From: Nitrospirota bacterium
GTDB taxonomy: Bacteria; Nitrospirota; Thermodesulfovibrionia; Thermodesulfovibrionales; Dissulfurispiraceae
Direction: 5' to 3'
NCBI GenBank assembly: GCA_040754455.1
Contig: JBFMCP010000002.1
Coordinates: forward strand, 175,639 to 239,638
Length of the DNA stretch: 64,000 bases
Positions 40,831-50,028 of the stretch are shown here, piece after piece. The position numbers and the translations under genes are program-made. Within the stretch, counting starts at the first letter, position 1. Each line of letters starts with the position of its first letter. Below the pieces are notes generated by a model. That model searched no databases. It had not been told where the DNA came from and saw only the letters and a program-made list of their open reading frames with translations.

Positions 40831-41796
40831 ATGCACTGCAGGGAAATAAACGAAGCGACCATAGGCTATGCTCATCCACGCTATGCCGATTCTCTGCGCG
40901 AATTCGGTGAGCCACGTGAGTTGCCGCGCTGTGGCGGTTGGATTCTCGTGCGGCCGATTCCCAGTACGCCGTATAAGGACGCCATGGGGTGTTACCCCTT
41001 GTTTTCCTGCCGGGACTGGAGGAAGCTCCACGAAGATATGGAACAGATCAGTTCCGATCTCGTATCACTAACCCTTGTTCCTGATCCGCTCCTCGGAGTC
41101 GACCCCGATTATCTGGTACAAAATTTTGATCTCGTCAAACCATTCAAGACGCATTACGTGGTCGATCTAAGTCAACCCTTAGAGAAGTTCGTCGGTAAGA
41201 CGCATCGTAAAAACGCACGTAAAGCACTCGAGGCAATGGATGTTGAGATCTGCAGTCAACCGATACAATATCTTGACGACTGGGTAAGGTTGTATGACAA
41301 CTTGATTAAAAAGCACGATATCAAAGGAATCAGCGCTTTCTCTCCTCAATGCTTTGAGTCTCAACTTAATGTGCCGGGAATGACCGCCTTCATCGGCAGG
41401 CGGGAGGGAGAGATCGTCGGGGCGACGCTGGTCCTGAGGAGCGATCAAACAGCCTATTTTCATTTATCCGCCTATACCACGGAAGGGTACAAGATACGGG
41501 CTTCGTACGGAACTCACTGGAAGGCGCTTGTCTGCGGATACGAACAGGGCATCCGGTACTTTCACCTCGGTGGAATCGCTGGCACAAAAGAAGACCCGAA
41601 AAACGGCTTGGCCGAATTCAAAAGAGGGTGGTCCAACGATCAGCGCATAGTCTATTTTTGCGGACGTGTGTTCGACAGGGAAAAGTACGAATCTCTTTGT
41701 CAGAGAAGGCATGGCTATTTCCCCGGCTATAGGAGAGGAGAACTGCGTGCTCACGATTTCTATAGCCACGATCGGACTATTATGACAGCGCAGTAA
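40831..41796 (+). CDS. GNAT/FemAB-like protein
   Basis: HRKNARKA, AYFHLSAY, LGGIAG, GLAEFKRGWS; start uncertain. Confidence 0.7.
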   Translation: MHCREINEATIGYAHPRYADSLREFGEPRELPRCGGWILVRPIPSTPYKDAMGCYPLFSCRDWRKLHEDMEQISSDLVSLTLVPDPLLGVDPDYLVQNFDLVKPFKTHYVVDLSQPLEKFVGKTHRKNARKALEAMDVEICSQPIQYLDDWVRLYDNLIKKHDIKGISAFSPQCFESQLNVPGMTAFIGRREGEIVGATLVLRSDQTAYFHLSAYTTEGYKIRASYGTHWKALVCGYEQGIRYFHLGGIAGTKEDPKNGLAEFKRGWSNDQRIVYFCGRVFDREKYESLCQRRHGYFPGYRRGELRAHDFYSHDRTIMTAQ

Positions 41797-41907
41797 TTAA
41801 GGCGGTTTCTGGAGCACAAACCTCTTTGACGCAAACATTTTGTTTTGTGGATACAAGGCCTGAAGTGAGACAACTATGATGCTCCGGATGCATGGAGTAA
41901 CCAAAAG

Positions 41908-42609
41908 GTGAGGGTTTTGGTCTTATTCGGCGTTGGTAACATGCTCAGCGATATCTATGACTGTGTCACGGTGCTGGGGAAAGAGGTCACCAGGATTGTC
42001 ATAAACGCACCGGAGCAGAGGCGCGAGCGGACAAAAGACTTCGAAACAAGGCTCCGGGAACTCGGTGAGCGGCCACTGATCACGCCACTGAAAGATTTTG
42101 CTCCTGAAGAAGGCGAAGAGTACTTCGTCGTGCCGACGACGCTTAAAAAAAACGTTCTTATCGAGTTCCTCAAAAGCAGATACCGCATGCGGTTTGCGCA
42201 GCTCATTCATCCTACGGCATACATTTCTCCCTATGCAAAGATCGGACAGGGCGTTTTCATCGGCGCAAGGAGTGTGATCGGACCGGGATCTGTTCTTAAA
42301 GACCACGTCTTCGTGAACCGCGGGGTGACTGTGGGGCACGATACTGTCCTCCATGAATACGTTCGATTGAATCCCGGCAGCAATGTTGCAGGCCATGTCG
42401 AGATATGTGCCGGTGCGATGATCGGTCTGGGCGCCAGCGTTATCGAGGAGCTTGTTGTCGGAAGGGAGGCCGTCGTTGCAGCAGGCGCGGTGGTGATCAA
42501 AGACGTACAGGAAAGGACCATGGTAGCCGGCGTCCCGGCGGTTGTCAAGAAAGTGTTTGAGAACGAGACCGGCCGCAGCGCCGTGGACGGCTCGAAAGTG
42601 GAGAAATGA
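41908..42609 (+). CDS. NeuD/PglB-family hexapeptide acyltransferase
   Basis: LIHPTAYIS, VNRGVTVGHD, VAAGAVVIKDV..VAGVPA. Confidence 0.85.
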   Translation: MRVLVLFGVGNMLSDIYDCVTVLGKEVTRIVINAPEQRRERTKDFETRLRELGERPLITPLKDFAPEEGEEYFVVPTTLKKNVLIEFLKSRYRMRFAQLIHPTAYISPYAKIGQGVFIGARSVIGPGSVLKDHVFVNRGVTVGHDTVLHEYVRLNPGSNVAGHVEICAGAMIGLGASVIEELVVGREAVVAAGAVVIKDVQERTMVAGVPAVVKKVFENETGRSAVDGSKVEK

Positions 42610-43566
42610 ATGAATAACAAGCTCATCATCAATTTTGCACCGACCGGCATGATCCCGACCAAGCAGATGACGCCGTATGTACCGATCAGTGTTTCCGAGA
42701 TTGTCGAAGACGTTCACGAAGCCTGTGAACTCGGCATCTCGATGGTTCACCTGCATGCCAGAGACCCCCTCTCAGGCAAGCCAACGTACAAGGCGGAAAT
42801 TTACGGCAGGATTATCGATGGAATCCGCAAGTATGCACCGGATTTGATTGTTTGCGTCTCATTGAGCGGCCGGGATTTTGGAGAGTTTGAAAAAAGGGCG
42901 GAACCATTGGAGTTGGATGGAAGCCTGAAGCCGGATATGGGAAGCCTGACCTTGAGCTCGGTCAACTTCAACAAACAGGCATCAGTGAACGAACCGGGCA
43001 TGATACAGGCACTGGCCTTACGGATGAAAGAGCGAGGCATCATCCCTGAGCTCGAAGCGTTCGACATCGGCATGATCAATTACGCGCGCTATCTGGAAAA
43101 GAAAGATTTGATATCACCGCCGTATTATTTCAATCTCTTGCTGGGCAATATCTCCTGTGCGCAGGCCGACCTCCTGCATGCCGGCATTATGATCAGGGAT
43201 CTGCCCGAAAGGTCGTTATGGAGCCTGGCCGGTATAGGAGACAGTCAATTGCCCATGAACAGTGTAGCCATCGCCATGGGCGGAGGAGTCCGTGTCGGTC
43301 TTGAAGATACGATCTTCTTCGACGGTCGAAGAGACAGGTTGGCGCGCAATATCGATTTATTGAAGCGCGTTCATAACATTGCGAATGACCATGAGCGGCC
43401 GATTATGCCGGCACAGGAATTACGGCGGCTCTTAGATTTGAAGGATGGATACGGCCGGTACGGCCGGAAAATGGAATCAACGGATTCTGGTTACAAACCG
43501 GCCCAGAAAGTATATGGGCGAACAGCCCATCTGAAGAGAGTGGCTTTGCAGCGGCAGCTGCACTGA
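42610..43566 (+). CDS. 3-keto-5-aminohexanoate cleavage enzyme family (DUF849/BKACE)
   Basis: IINFAPTG, VHLHARD, PDMGSLTLSSVNF, PELEAFD, GVRVGLED. Confidence 0.9.
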   Translation: MNNKLIINFAPTGMIPTKQMTPYVPISVSEIVEDVHEACELGISMVHLHARDPLSGKPTYKAEIYGRIIDGIRKYAPDLIVCVSLSGRDFGEFEKRAEPLELDGSLKPDMGSLTLSSVNFNKQASVNEPGMIQALALRMKERGIIPELEAFDIGMINYARYLEKKDLISPPYYFNLLLGNISCAQADLLHAGIMIRDLPERSLWSLAGIGDSQLPMNSVAIAMGGGVRVGLEDTIFFDGRRDRLARNIDLLKRVHNIANDHERPIMPAQELRRLLDLKDGYGRYGRKMESTDSGYKPAQKVYGRTAHLKRVALQRQLH

Positions 43567-43578
43567 ACGGCAGATACT

Positions 43579-45045
43579 ATGGCGAACAGTCTTCAGCATA
43601 CAACAGTTTACGCACTCTTATGGAGCTTTCTCGATGCTGTTGCACAGCGGGGTGTGCAATTCATCATCAGCATTGTTTTGGCGCGGCTGCTGTTCCCCGA
43701 GCAGTTCGGATTGATCGGGATGCTGACGATCTTTATGGCTGTCACGCGGACGTTTCTCGACAGCGGATTTGGCGCAGCCCTGATTCAGAAACAGGAGGTC
43801 ACGCAAACCGACATCTGCTCTATTTTTTATTTCAATATAGCGGTAGGACTCGCGGCTGCCGGCCTCTTGAGTCTTGCTGCTCCCTGGATCGCCGCTTTCT
43901 ACAGGCAACCTATCCTCACGCCGCTGACGCGGGCGCTGTCGCTGACCATCGTGATCAATTCATTCGGCATGATTCAGAAAACAGTCCTAACCAAACACAT
44001 CAATTTCAAAGTCCAGACGAAAGTGAGCCTCATTGCCGGTGTGCTGTCGGGTGCAGCCGGCATTACGCTGGCCGCCCATGGCTTCGGCGTGTGGAGTTTG
44101 GTTGTCCAGCAAATATCCGCTTCGCTTTTCGCAACCGTTAGTCTCTGGGCGTTCAGTTCATGGAGACCGGCGCTGATCTTCAGCTTCACGGCATTGAGGG
44201 AAATGTTCGGGTTCGGGTCGCGGCTATTGGCTTCGAGTGTCCTTAACCAATTTTTTGATAACATCTATTTTGTAGTTATCGGCAAGCTGTTTTCAGCGAC
44301 CGATTTGGGATTTTTCACGCGCGCCAAAACGATGAATGACCTGCCTTCACAAACATTGTCGGGAATCGTCGCACGGGTAACGTTCCCCGTGTTTTCTACT
44401 ATCCAGGGCGATCGTGCCCGATTGAAAAGAGGGTTGAAAAAGGCCTTGGCTATTCTGGTTCTGGTGAATTTCCCGCTGATGATCGGCCTCGCGGTTATCG
44501 CCCGTCCATTGGTGCTGGCACTGTTGACGGAAAAGTGGGCTGCATGCGTTCCATATTTCCAGTTGCTCTGTGTGGTCGGCATGCTGTTTCCGTTGCAGGC
44601 GATGAACTTGAACGTATTGCAGGCCCTAGGACGGTCCGACCTGTTTTTGCGTCTGGAGATCATAAAAAAGATTATGATCGTGATCAACATTGCGGTCACC
44701 TGGCGATGGGGGATATCCGCGATGATCTACGGCATGATCATCAACTCGGTAATATCCTACTATTTAAACAGTTATTACAACGGCGTACTGGTCGATTACC
44801 CGCTCAGAGAGCAGGTGCTTGACCTGCTCCCGTATCTCATTGTGGCCATTGTGATGGGTAGTGCGGTATATGCCGCCGGGTTGCCGCAGTTCCTTACCCA
44901 TTGGTCCAGACTTCTGGTACAAATCACGGCGGGATGTGTTCTCTATGTCGGTCTGTGCCGCATGCTTCGCCTGAAGGCTTTTATGGAGATCTGGCAGGCA
45001 ATGTGGAATAGAATGCCATTGACGAGCGCCGGAACCGCACGATAA
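43579..45045 (+). CDS. wzx: Wzx flippase (WzxC/TuaB-like, MOP family)
   Basis: LARLLFPEQFGLIGML, DSGFGAALIQK, many TM helices, FPVFSTIQ. Confidence 0.88.
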   Translation: MANSLQHTTVYALLWSFLDAVAQRGVQFIISIVLARLLFPEQFGLIGMLTIFMAVTRTFLDSGFGAALIQKQEVTQTDICSIFYFNIAVGLAAAGLLSLAAPWIAAFYRQPILTPLTRALSLTIVINSFGMIQKTVLTKHINFKVQTKVSLIAGVLSGAAGITLAAHGFGVWSLVVQQISASLFATVSLWAFSSWRPALIFSFTALREMFGFGSRLLASSVLNQFFDNIYFVVIGKLFSATDLGFFTRAKTMNDLPSQTLSGIVARVTFPVFSTIQGDRARLKRGLKKALAILVLVNFPLMIGLAVIARPLVLALLTEKWAACVPYFQLLCVVGMLFPLQAMNLNVLQALGRSDLFLRLEIIKKIMIVINIAVTWRWGISAMIYGMIINSVISYYLNSYYNGVLVDYPLREQVLDLLPYLIVAIVMGSAVYAAGLPQFLTHWSRLLVQITAGCVLYVGLCRMLRLKAFMEIWQAMWNRMPLTSAGTAR

Positions 45046-45073
45046 ACAGTGTGTGCCGCAGGAACTTCTTGAG

Positions 45074-46066
45074 ATGACCGAGCCTCTGGTAAGCGTCAAG
45101 ATGATCACCTACAACCATGCGCCTTTTATTACACAGGCGATCGAGGGTGTGTTGCAACAGAAAACGGACTTTCCCTTCGAGCTGGTCATCGGAGAGGACT
45201 GCTCGACGGACGGCACACGTGAGATTGTTTTTGAATACCAAAAAAAGTACCCGGATATCATTCGGGTGATCACATCGGATAAAAATGTCGGAATGAAGAA
45301 AAACGGCTTGCGGACTGTAAAAGCCTGCACGGGAACGTACATCGCCTTTTGCGAGGGCGACGATTACTGGCATCACCCCGGCAAATTGCAGAAGCAGGTG
45401 GACTACCTTGAGCGCCACCCAGAATGCGGGCTGGTCTTTACTGATTACGATTTCTATTATGACAGTTCAAGGCAATTAGTTAGAAGCGTTAATTGCAGCA
45501 AAGGGCTCCAATCTCCTGAGAGTGTAACTATCGAACAAATTATAAGGGGAAAAGGGCCGATCATACGGACTTGTACTGTTATGATGAGGAGAGAATTACT
45601 TGAACAGGTAGTCGAAGGAGACCCTTATCTGCATCAGAATGAGAAGTTCTTGATGGGTGATACGCAGCTTTTTGCAGAGCTAGCATTAATATCAGATGTC
45701 TCATATTACCCGGAAAGTTTGGCGACGTATCGCATCCATGGCGAATCCGCCACGAGAAGTAAAGATCCGAAAAAGGAAGCGCGGTTTTGGAGTTCGGCAT
45801 GTGAAATGAGATTGTATTTGTGTGATAAACATAACCTCTCAGAACATATCCGGAGAAAAGCAGAATGGGATTGGTGCAATAGCTCTCTGCGACTGGCGTT
45901 TCATTCCGGTAATGCAGAATTGGCGGATGAGGTGCGGAGAAGGAAAAAGACTTTTACGGGTAAAGAATGGCTTCAATATTACGGCGCCAAGAATCCGGTG
46001 CTGGGATATCCTCTTCGCCTTGCGGCTTCATTCAGCAACGCAGTGGGAAAATACATAGTCAGATGA
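45074..46066 (+). CDS. Glycosyltransferase family 2
   Basis: PLVSVKMITYNH, EDCSTDGT, YIAFCEGDDYW. Confidence 0.9.
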   Translation: MTEPLVSVKMITYNHAPFITQAIEGVLQQKTDFPFELVIGEDCSTDGTREIVFEYQKKYPDIIRVITSDKNVGMKKNGLRTVKACTGTYIAFCEGDDYWHHPGKLQKQVDYLERHPECGLVFTDYDFYYDSSRQLVRSVNCSKGLQSPESVTIEQIIRGKGPIIRTCTVMMRRELLEQVVEGDPYLHQNEKFLMGDTQLFAELALISDVSYYPESLATYRIHGESATRSKDPKKEARFWSSACEMRLYLCDKHNLSEHIRRKAEWDWCNSSLRLAFHSGNAELADEVRRRKKTFTGKEWLQYYGAKNPVLGYPLRLAASFSNAVGKYIVR

Positions 46067-47103
46067 ATAAGAAAATCTGGATAGACCTGGACAATTCGCC
46101 CCACATCCCGTTCTTCAAACCGATTATCGAGCGGCTTGAGCAGCGTGGGTACAAGGTTGTCTTGACCGCACGTGATTGTTTTCAGACTTGCGAGCTTGCC
46201 GACCTGGCAGGCCTCCGCTATCAGCGGATCGGACGTCATTACGGAAAGAACACGGTTCTGAAACTGGCCGGACTGGTCATCCGCTCTTTGCAGATGGTAC
46301 CGTTCGTATGGAGGGAGAAACCGGACCTCGCGGTATCCCATGGATCGAGATCGCAACACCTGACCTCTTTCATGTGGCGATTACCGGTTATCAACATATT
46401 GGACTACGAACACGCGAAGATAATGCCCCTCGTGGATTTCGTGCTCACGATAGTTCCCGATGCTATTCCGGTAGAGGCAATCCCCATAGCGCCGGAACGG
46501 ATACTCAAATATCAGGGCATCAAGGAAGATGTCTATGTACCCGGCTTCGTGCCTGATCCGGCGCTGCTCAGTGAACTCGGCATTGCACAAGACAAAATCG
46601 TGATATCCATCCGGCCGCCTGCCACGGAGGCGCATTATCGCAGCGCTGAAAGTGACGTGCTTTTCATCGAGACAGTCGAGTTTTTGGCAGAAAAGGATGA
46701 TACCTGCCTCGTCATCCTCCCCCGAAACGAAAGTCAGAAGGGATGGATAGCGGATCGGTGGTCCCGGTTGTGTCGTGATGGGAAGATATTATTTCCTCAA
46801 AAGGCTGTGGACGGGCTGAATCTTATCTGGTGCTCCGACTTGGTGATCAGCGGCGGTGGAACCATGAATCGGGAGGCTGCGGCGTTGGGAGTACCTGTTT
46901 ACAGCATCTTCAAAGGAAAAACCGGCGCCGTGGACCGATATCTGGCAGCGAGCGGAAGATTGTTCCTCATTGAGAATCCTGCTGACGTGCGGAGCAAGAT
47001 TAAGGTGCAGCGCAGACAGCGTTCCGGATATCCGCGACACACCAATGCCAAAGCACTCGATACCATTGTTCACGGTATAGTATCCGTTCTGGAAACAAAG
47101 TAA
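46063..47103 (+). CDS. DUF354 family GT-B-fold protein
   Basis: IWIDLDNSPHIPFF, VSHGS, DLVISGGGTMNREAAALGVP. Confidence 0.8.
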   Translation: MNKKIWIDLDNSPHIPFFKPIIERLEQRGYKVVLTARDCFQTCELADLAGLRYQRIGRHYGKNTVLKLAGLVIRSLQMVPFVWREKPDLAVSHGSRSQHLTSFMWRLPVINILDYEHAKIMPLVDFVLTIVPDAIPVEAIPIAPERILKYQGIKEDVYVPGFVPDPALLSELGIAQDKIVISIRPPATEAHYRSAESDVLFIETVEFLAEKDDTCLVILPRNESQKGWIADRWSRLCRDGKILFPQKAVDGLNLIWCSDLVISGGGTMNREAAALGVPVYSIFKGKTGAVDRYLAASGRLFLIENPADVRSKIKVQRRQRSGYPRHTNAKALDTIVHGIVSVLETK

Positions 47104-47127
47104 TCTGACCGGAGTATCGACAAGGCA

Positions 47128-48249
47128 ATGATTATTCATCTCGTTTGTGCGGCTCGGCCGAATTTCATGAAAATCGCTCCCCTGTATCACGCACTCAGAC
47201 AAGAGCACTGGGCTCATCCGGTCATTGTTCATACCGGTCAGCACTACGATCCTAATATGTCCGATGCTTTTTTTGAAGACCTTGGGCTGCCGAGGCCCGA
47301 CATTTATCTCGGTGTGAAGAGCGGAAGCCATGCCGAGCAGACCGGCAAGGTGATGATGTCGTATGAAAAAATCATGTGTGATCAAAGGCCTGACCTCGTG
47401 GTAGTGGTCGGAGATGTGAACTCAACCATGGCAGCGACCATAGCTGCATCGAAAATCGGTATCAAGGTGGCGCATTTGGAAGCCGGCCTGCGATCCCGCG
47501 ACAGAAGCATGCCCGAAGAGATCAACAGACTCGTGACCGACGTGCTCGCGGACATGCTCTGGACGCCTTCGAAAGATGCATCTGAAAATTTGATCAATGA
47601 AGGGATCCCCGCCGACAAGATCCACCTGGTGGGCAACATTATGATTGATTCCCTCGAAATGTTACGGACGAAGATCGAGCGTCAGGGGACATATCGCACC
47701 TTTGGTCTCGAAGCAGGCGGTTATGGCATAGTCACCTTGCATCGTCCTTCGAACGTGGACGACCCGATTGTTTTAAGGGAGATTTGTGATATTCTCGTTG
47801 AAATCGCGGAGAAGACGCCTCTTGTTTTTCCCATCCATCCCAGGACCAGGAAAAATATGGAAGAGCATCGTCTGCTGCTTCGGATGGAACGCTCCGGGAG
47901 ACTGCTACTGCCCGAACCTCTCAACTATATCAGTTTCATGAATCTGGTCTTTCACTGCTGTTTCGTCATAACCGACTCCGGCGGCATCCAGGAGGAAACA
48001 AGCTATCTCGATATCCCCTGCTTGACAGTAAGAAAAAATACCGAAAGGCCGGTTACCATCACCCATGGCACCAATCAGCTCTGCGGATTATCCCAATTAA
48101 AGCAGAAAATCGTGGAGGTTTTGCAGGGCCGTGTGAAGAGGCGGAAGCATATCGAGCTCTGGGACGGGAAAACGGCTGAAAGAATCGTGAGTATCTTGCG
48201 GAACATCAGAGTGCCGCGCCAGCGTTCGATGGATTGCAGGTGCGTATAA
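47128..48249 (+). CDS. wecB: Non-hydrolysing UDP-GlcNAc 2-epimerase (WecB/WbpI-like)
   Basis: AARPNFMK, VHTGQHYD, GDVNST, HLEAGLRS, MPEEINR, TDSGGIQEE, TERP. Confidence 0.92.
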   Translation: MIIHLVCAARPNFMKIAPLYHALRQEHWAHPVIVHTGQHYDPNMSDAFFEDLGLPRPDIYLGVKSGSHAEQTGKVMMSYEKIMCDQRPDLVVVVGDVNSTMAATIAASKIGIKVAHLEAGLRSRDRSMPEEINRLVTDVLADMLWTPSKDASENLINEGIPADKIHLVGNIMIDSLEMLRTKIERQGTYRTFGLEAGGYGIVTLHRPSNVDDPIVLREICDILVEIAEKTPLVFPIHPRTRKNMEEHRLLLRMERSGRLLLPEPLNYISFMNLVFHCCFVITDSGGIQEETSYLDIPCLTVRKNTERPVTITHGTNQLCGLSQLKQKIVEVLQGRVKRRKHIELWDGKTAERIVSILRNIRVPRQRSMDCRCV

Positions 48250-48265
48250 GTAGCTGAAGATACGT

Positions 48266-49159
48266 ATGGCCCACGCCCACTACGTTTTAATAACCCCCGC
48301 CCGTAATGAAGAAGCATATATAGAAAAAACGCTCCGTTCTGTTATCGCACAGACGGTTTTGCCTTCCAAGTGGGTGATTGTCAGCGATGGGTCAACGGAT
48401 GGAACTGACGAGATCGTTCAGAAGTATGCTGCACACTATAGCTTCATTCGTCTGGTGAAGGCACAAGAGCAGGGCCAGCGAAATTTCGGCTCGAAAGTAA
48501 GTGCGTTCAAGGCTGGTTATGATTCCCTGGGAGATGTAAACTATGAGTTCTTAGGGAATTTGGATGCCGATGTTTCATTCAAGCCTGATTATTATGAAAA
48601 CATACTCGGAAGGCTCCAGCGGGATGCACGGCTGGGTATCGCGGGCGGCATTATCGTAGAGTTGATCAATAATCGGTTTGTGCCGCAAAAAAACAGCACC
48701 AACAGCGTTGCCGGCGCCATTCAATTGTTTCGACGGGCATGCTATGAGGAGATAGGCGGGTATATCTCTATCGAATCCGGAGGCATCGATTCAGCCGCAG
48801 AGATCATGGCCAGAAGCCTTGGCTGGAAGGTGCAAACCTTCTGTGAATTGGAAGTCTTTCATCACCGGCGTGTGGCAAGCGTAGGAACGCACATTCTGAA
48901 GGCCCGCTATCGTCAGGGGATTACGCACTATCTGCTCGGGTATCATCCTCTTTTTCATCTGATAAAGTGCGCGTATCGGTCGACAGAAAAACCATATGTG
49001 CTCGGCAGTCTATTTGTATTATGCGGGTATTTCCGGTCGTCTTTGTTGAGATTGCAAAGGCCGATGCCTGCGTATGCCATACGATATTTCAGACAAGAGC
49101 AGATGGAACGAGTGCGCTCCGTATTCCGAGTATTGAAAGTAAGAGCTAAAAAAGCCTGA
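48266..49159 (+). CDS. Glycosyltransferase family 2
   Basis: LITPARNEE, VSDGSTDGT, NLDAD. Confidence 0.88.
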   Translation: MAHAHYVLITPARNEEAYIEKTLRSVIAQTVLPSKWVIVSDGSTDGTDEIVQKYAAHYSFIRLVKAQEQGQRNFGSKVSAFKAGYDSLGDVNYEFLGNLDADVSFKPDYYENILGRLQRDARLGIAGGIIVELINNRFVPQKNSTNSVAGAIQLFRRACYEEIGGYISIESGGIDSAAEIMARSLGWKVQTFCELEVFHHRRVASVGTHILKARYRQGITHYLLGYHPLFHLIKCAYRSTEKPYVLGSLFVLCGYFRSSLLRLQRPMPAYAIRYFRQEQMERVRSVFRVLKVRAKKA

Positions 49160-49286
49160 GATGTCGAAAATGATATTAAGTGGCAAGAGAGATAAGACAA
49201 AGGACTGCGCAGCTCTCTTGAGCTGTGCATAAAGTGCCTCGCCCCTGGGGGAGCTTTAAAATTAATTAATTTAAGAAGGGGGGACA

Positions 49287-49907
49287 ATGAAAAGAAGGTT
49301 ATTGCTTGTTTTTATCTCCATTGTTTTAGTCGCTGCGAGCATGGCTGAAGTCAACGCTGCCGTTCAGTATCAATGGGAGCAAATGTTTGTCTGGTCAATG
49401 AGTGATAATGGTGTTGTGAATTTACCTATCACGTCGAGTGGCTCTATTTTTGTTTCAGAACCATACCGCTGGCAGCCTTGGCCTGAGGGGGATCCTGATT
49501 GGTATTCATGGGCTGCTGACGTTTACAGGTTTCAGTTTTCCTTTACGGATGCCGTGGGAGACGTCTACTCATGGGATATCGCGGGTCCAAGATTTCTCGA
49601 CTTAGAGTTTTACGTGATCGATGGATTTGGGCTTGATTTCCATCTGGGACTTCCTGATCCTAACGATGTGTATCTTGGCGTATCAGCGCCCGAGCACGAC
49701 GGTTATAGTCATGTTGGTGATTGTGGAATACCAAATGTAGAGAGGCCGTATGTTTACCCTTACGGCATCAACTTCCAAGGAACATGGGAAAGGGTTCCCG
49801 ACACCGTTCCCGTTCCGGAGCCCGCTACATTACTGCTCGTGGGGGCAGGGGGTGCGTGGTTCTTACTGATGAGAAGAAGTAGTGGCCAGTGCAGACCGAG
49901 TGCATAG
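49287..49907 (+). CDS. PEP-CTERM sorting domain protein
   Basis: Signal peptide; C-terminal PVPEPATLLLVGAGGAWFLLMRR. Confidence 0.88.
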   Translation: MKRRLLLVFISIVLVAASMAEVNAAVQYQWEQMFVWSMSDNGVVNLPITSSGSIFVSEPYRWQPWPEGDPDWYSWAADVYRFQFSFTDAVGDVYSWDIAGPRFLDLEFYVIDGFGLDFHLGLPDPNDVYLGVSAPEHDGYSHVGDCGIPNVERPYVYPYGINFQGTWERVPDTVPVPEPATLLLVGAGGAWFLLMRRSSGQCRPSA

Positions 49908-50028
49908 TAAAAAGAAGTAATCCTTCAGTATATGGTGAGCTGTACAGGCCCTTTCTCTACAAAGATTTCTAGGCTTCCGTCAATAATACGGATACACAAG
50001 CAATGAAAATGAAAAGGATGAAGAGATA

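Noticed and set aside
42601..42660. Selenocysteine read-through of in-frame TGA junctions (42607-42609; also 27540-27542), prompted by selB
   Set aside because: No evident SECIS hairpin downstream; the TGAs fall between domains rather than at catalytic Cys positions; both flanking proteins look complete
49180..49200. sigma54 promoter before PEP-CTERM gene 49287 (TGGCAAG)
   Set aside because: No GC at the required GG-N10-GC position
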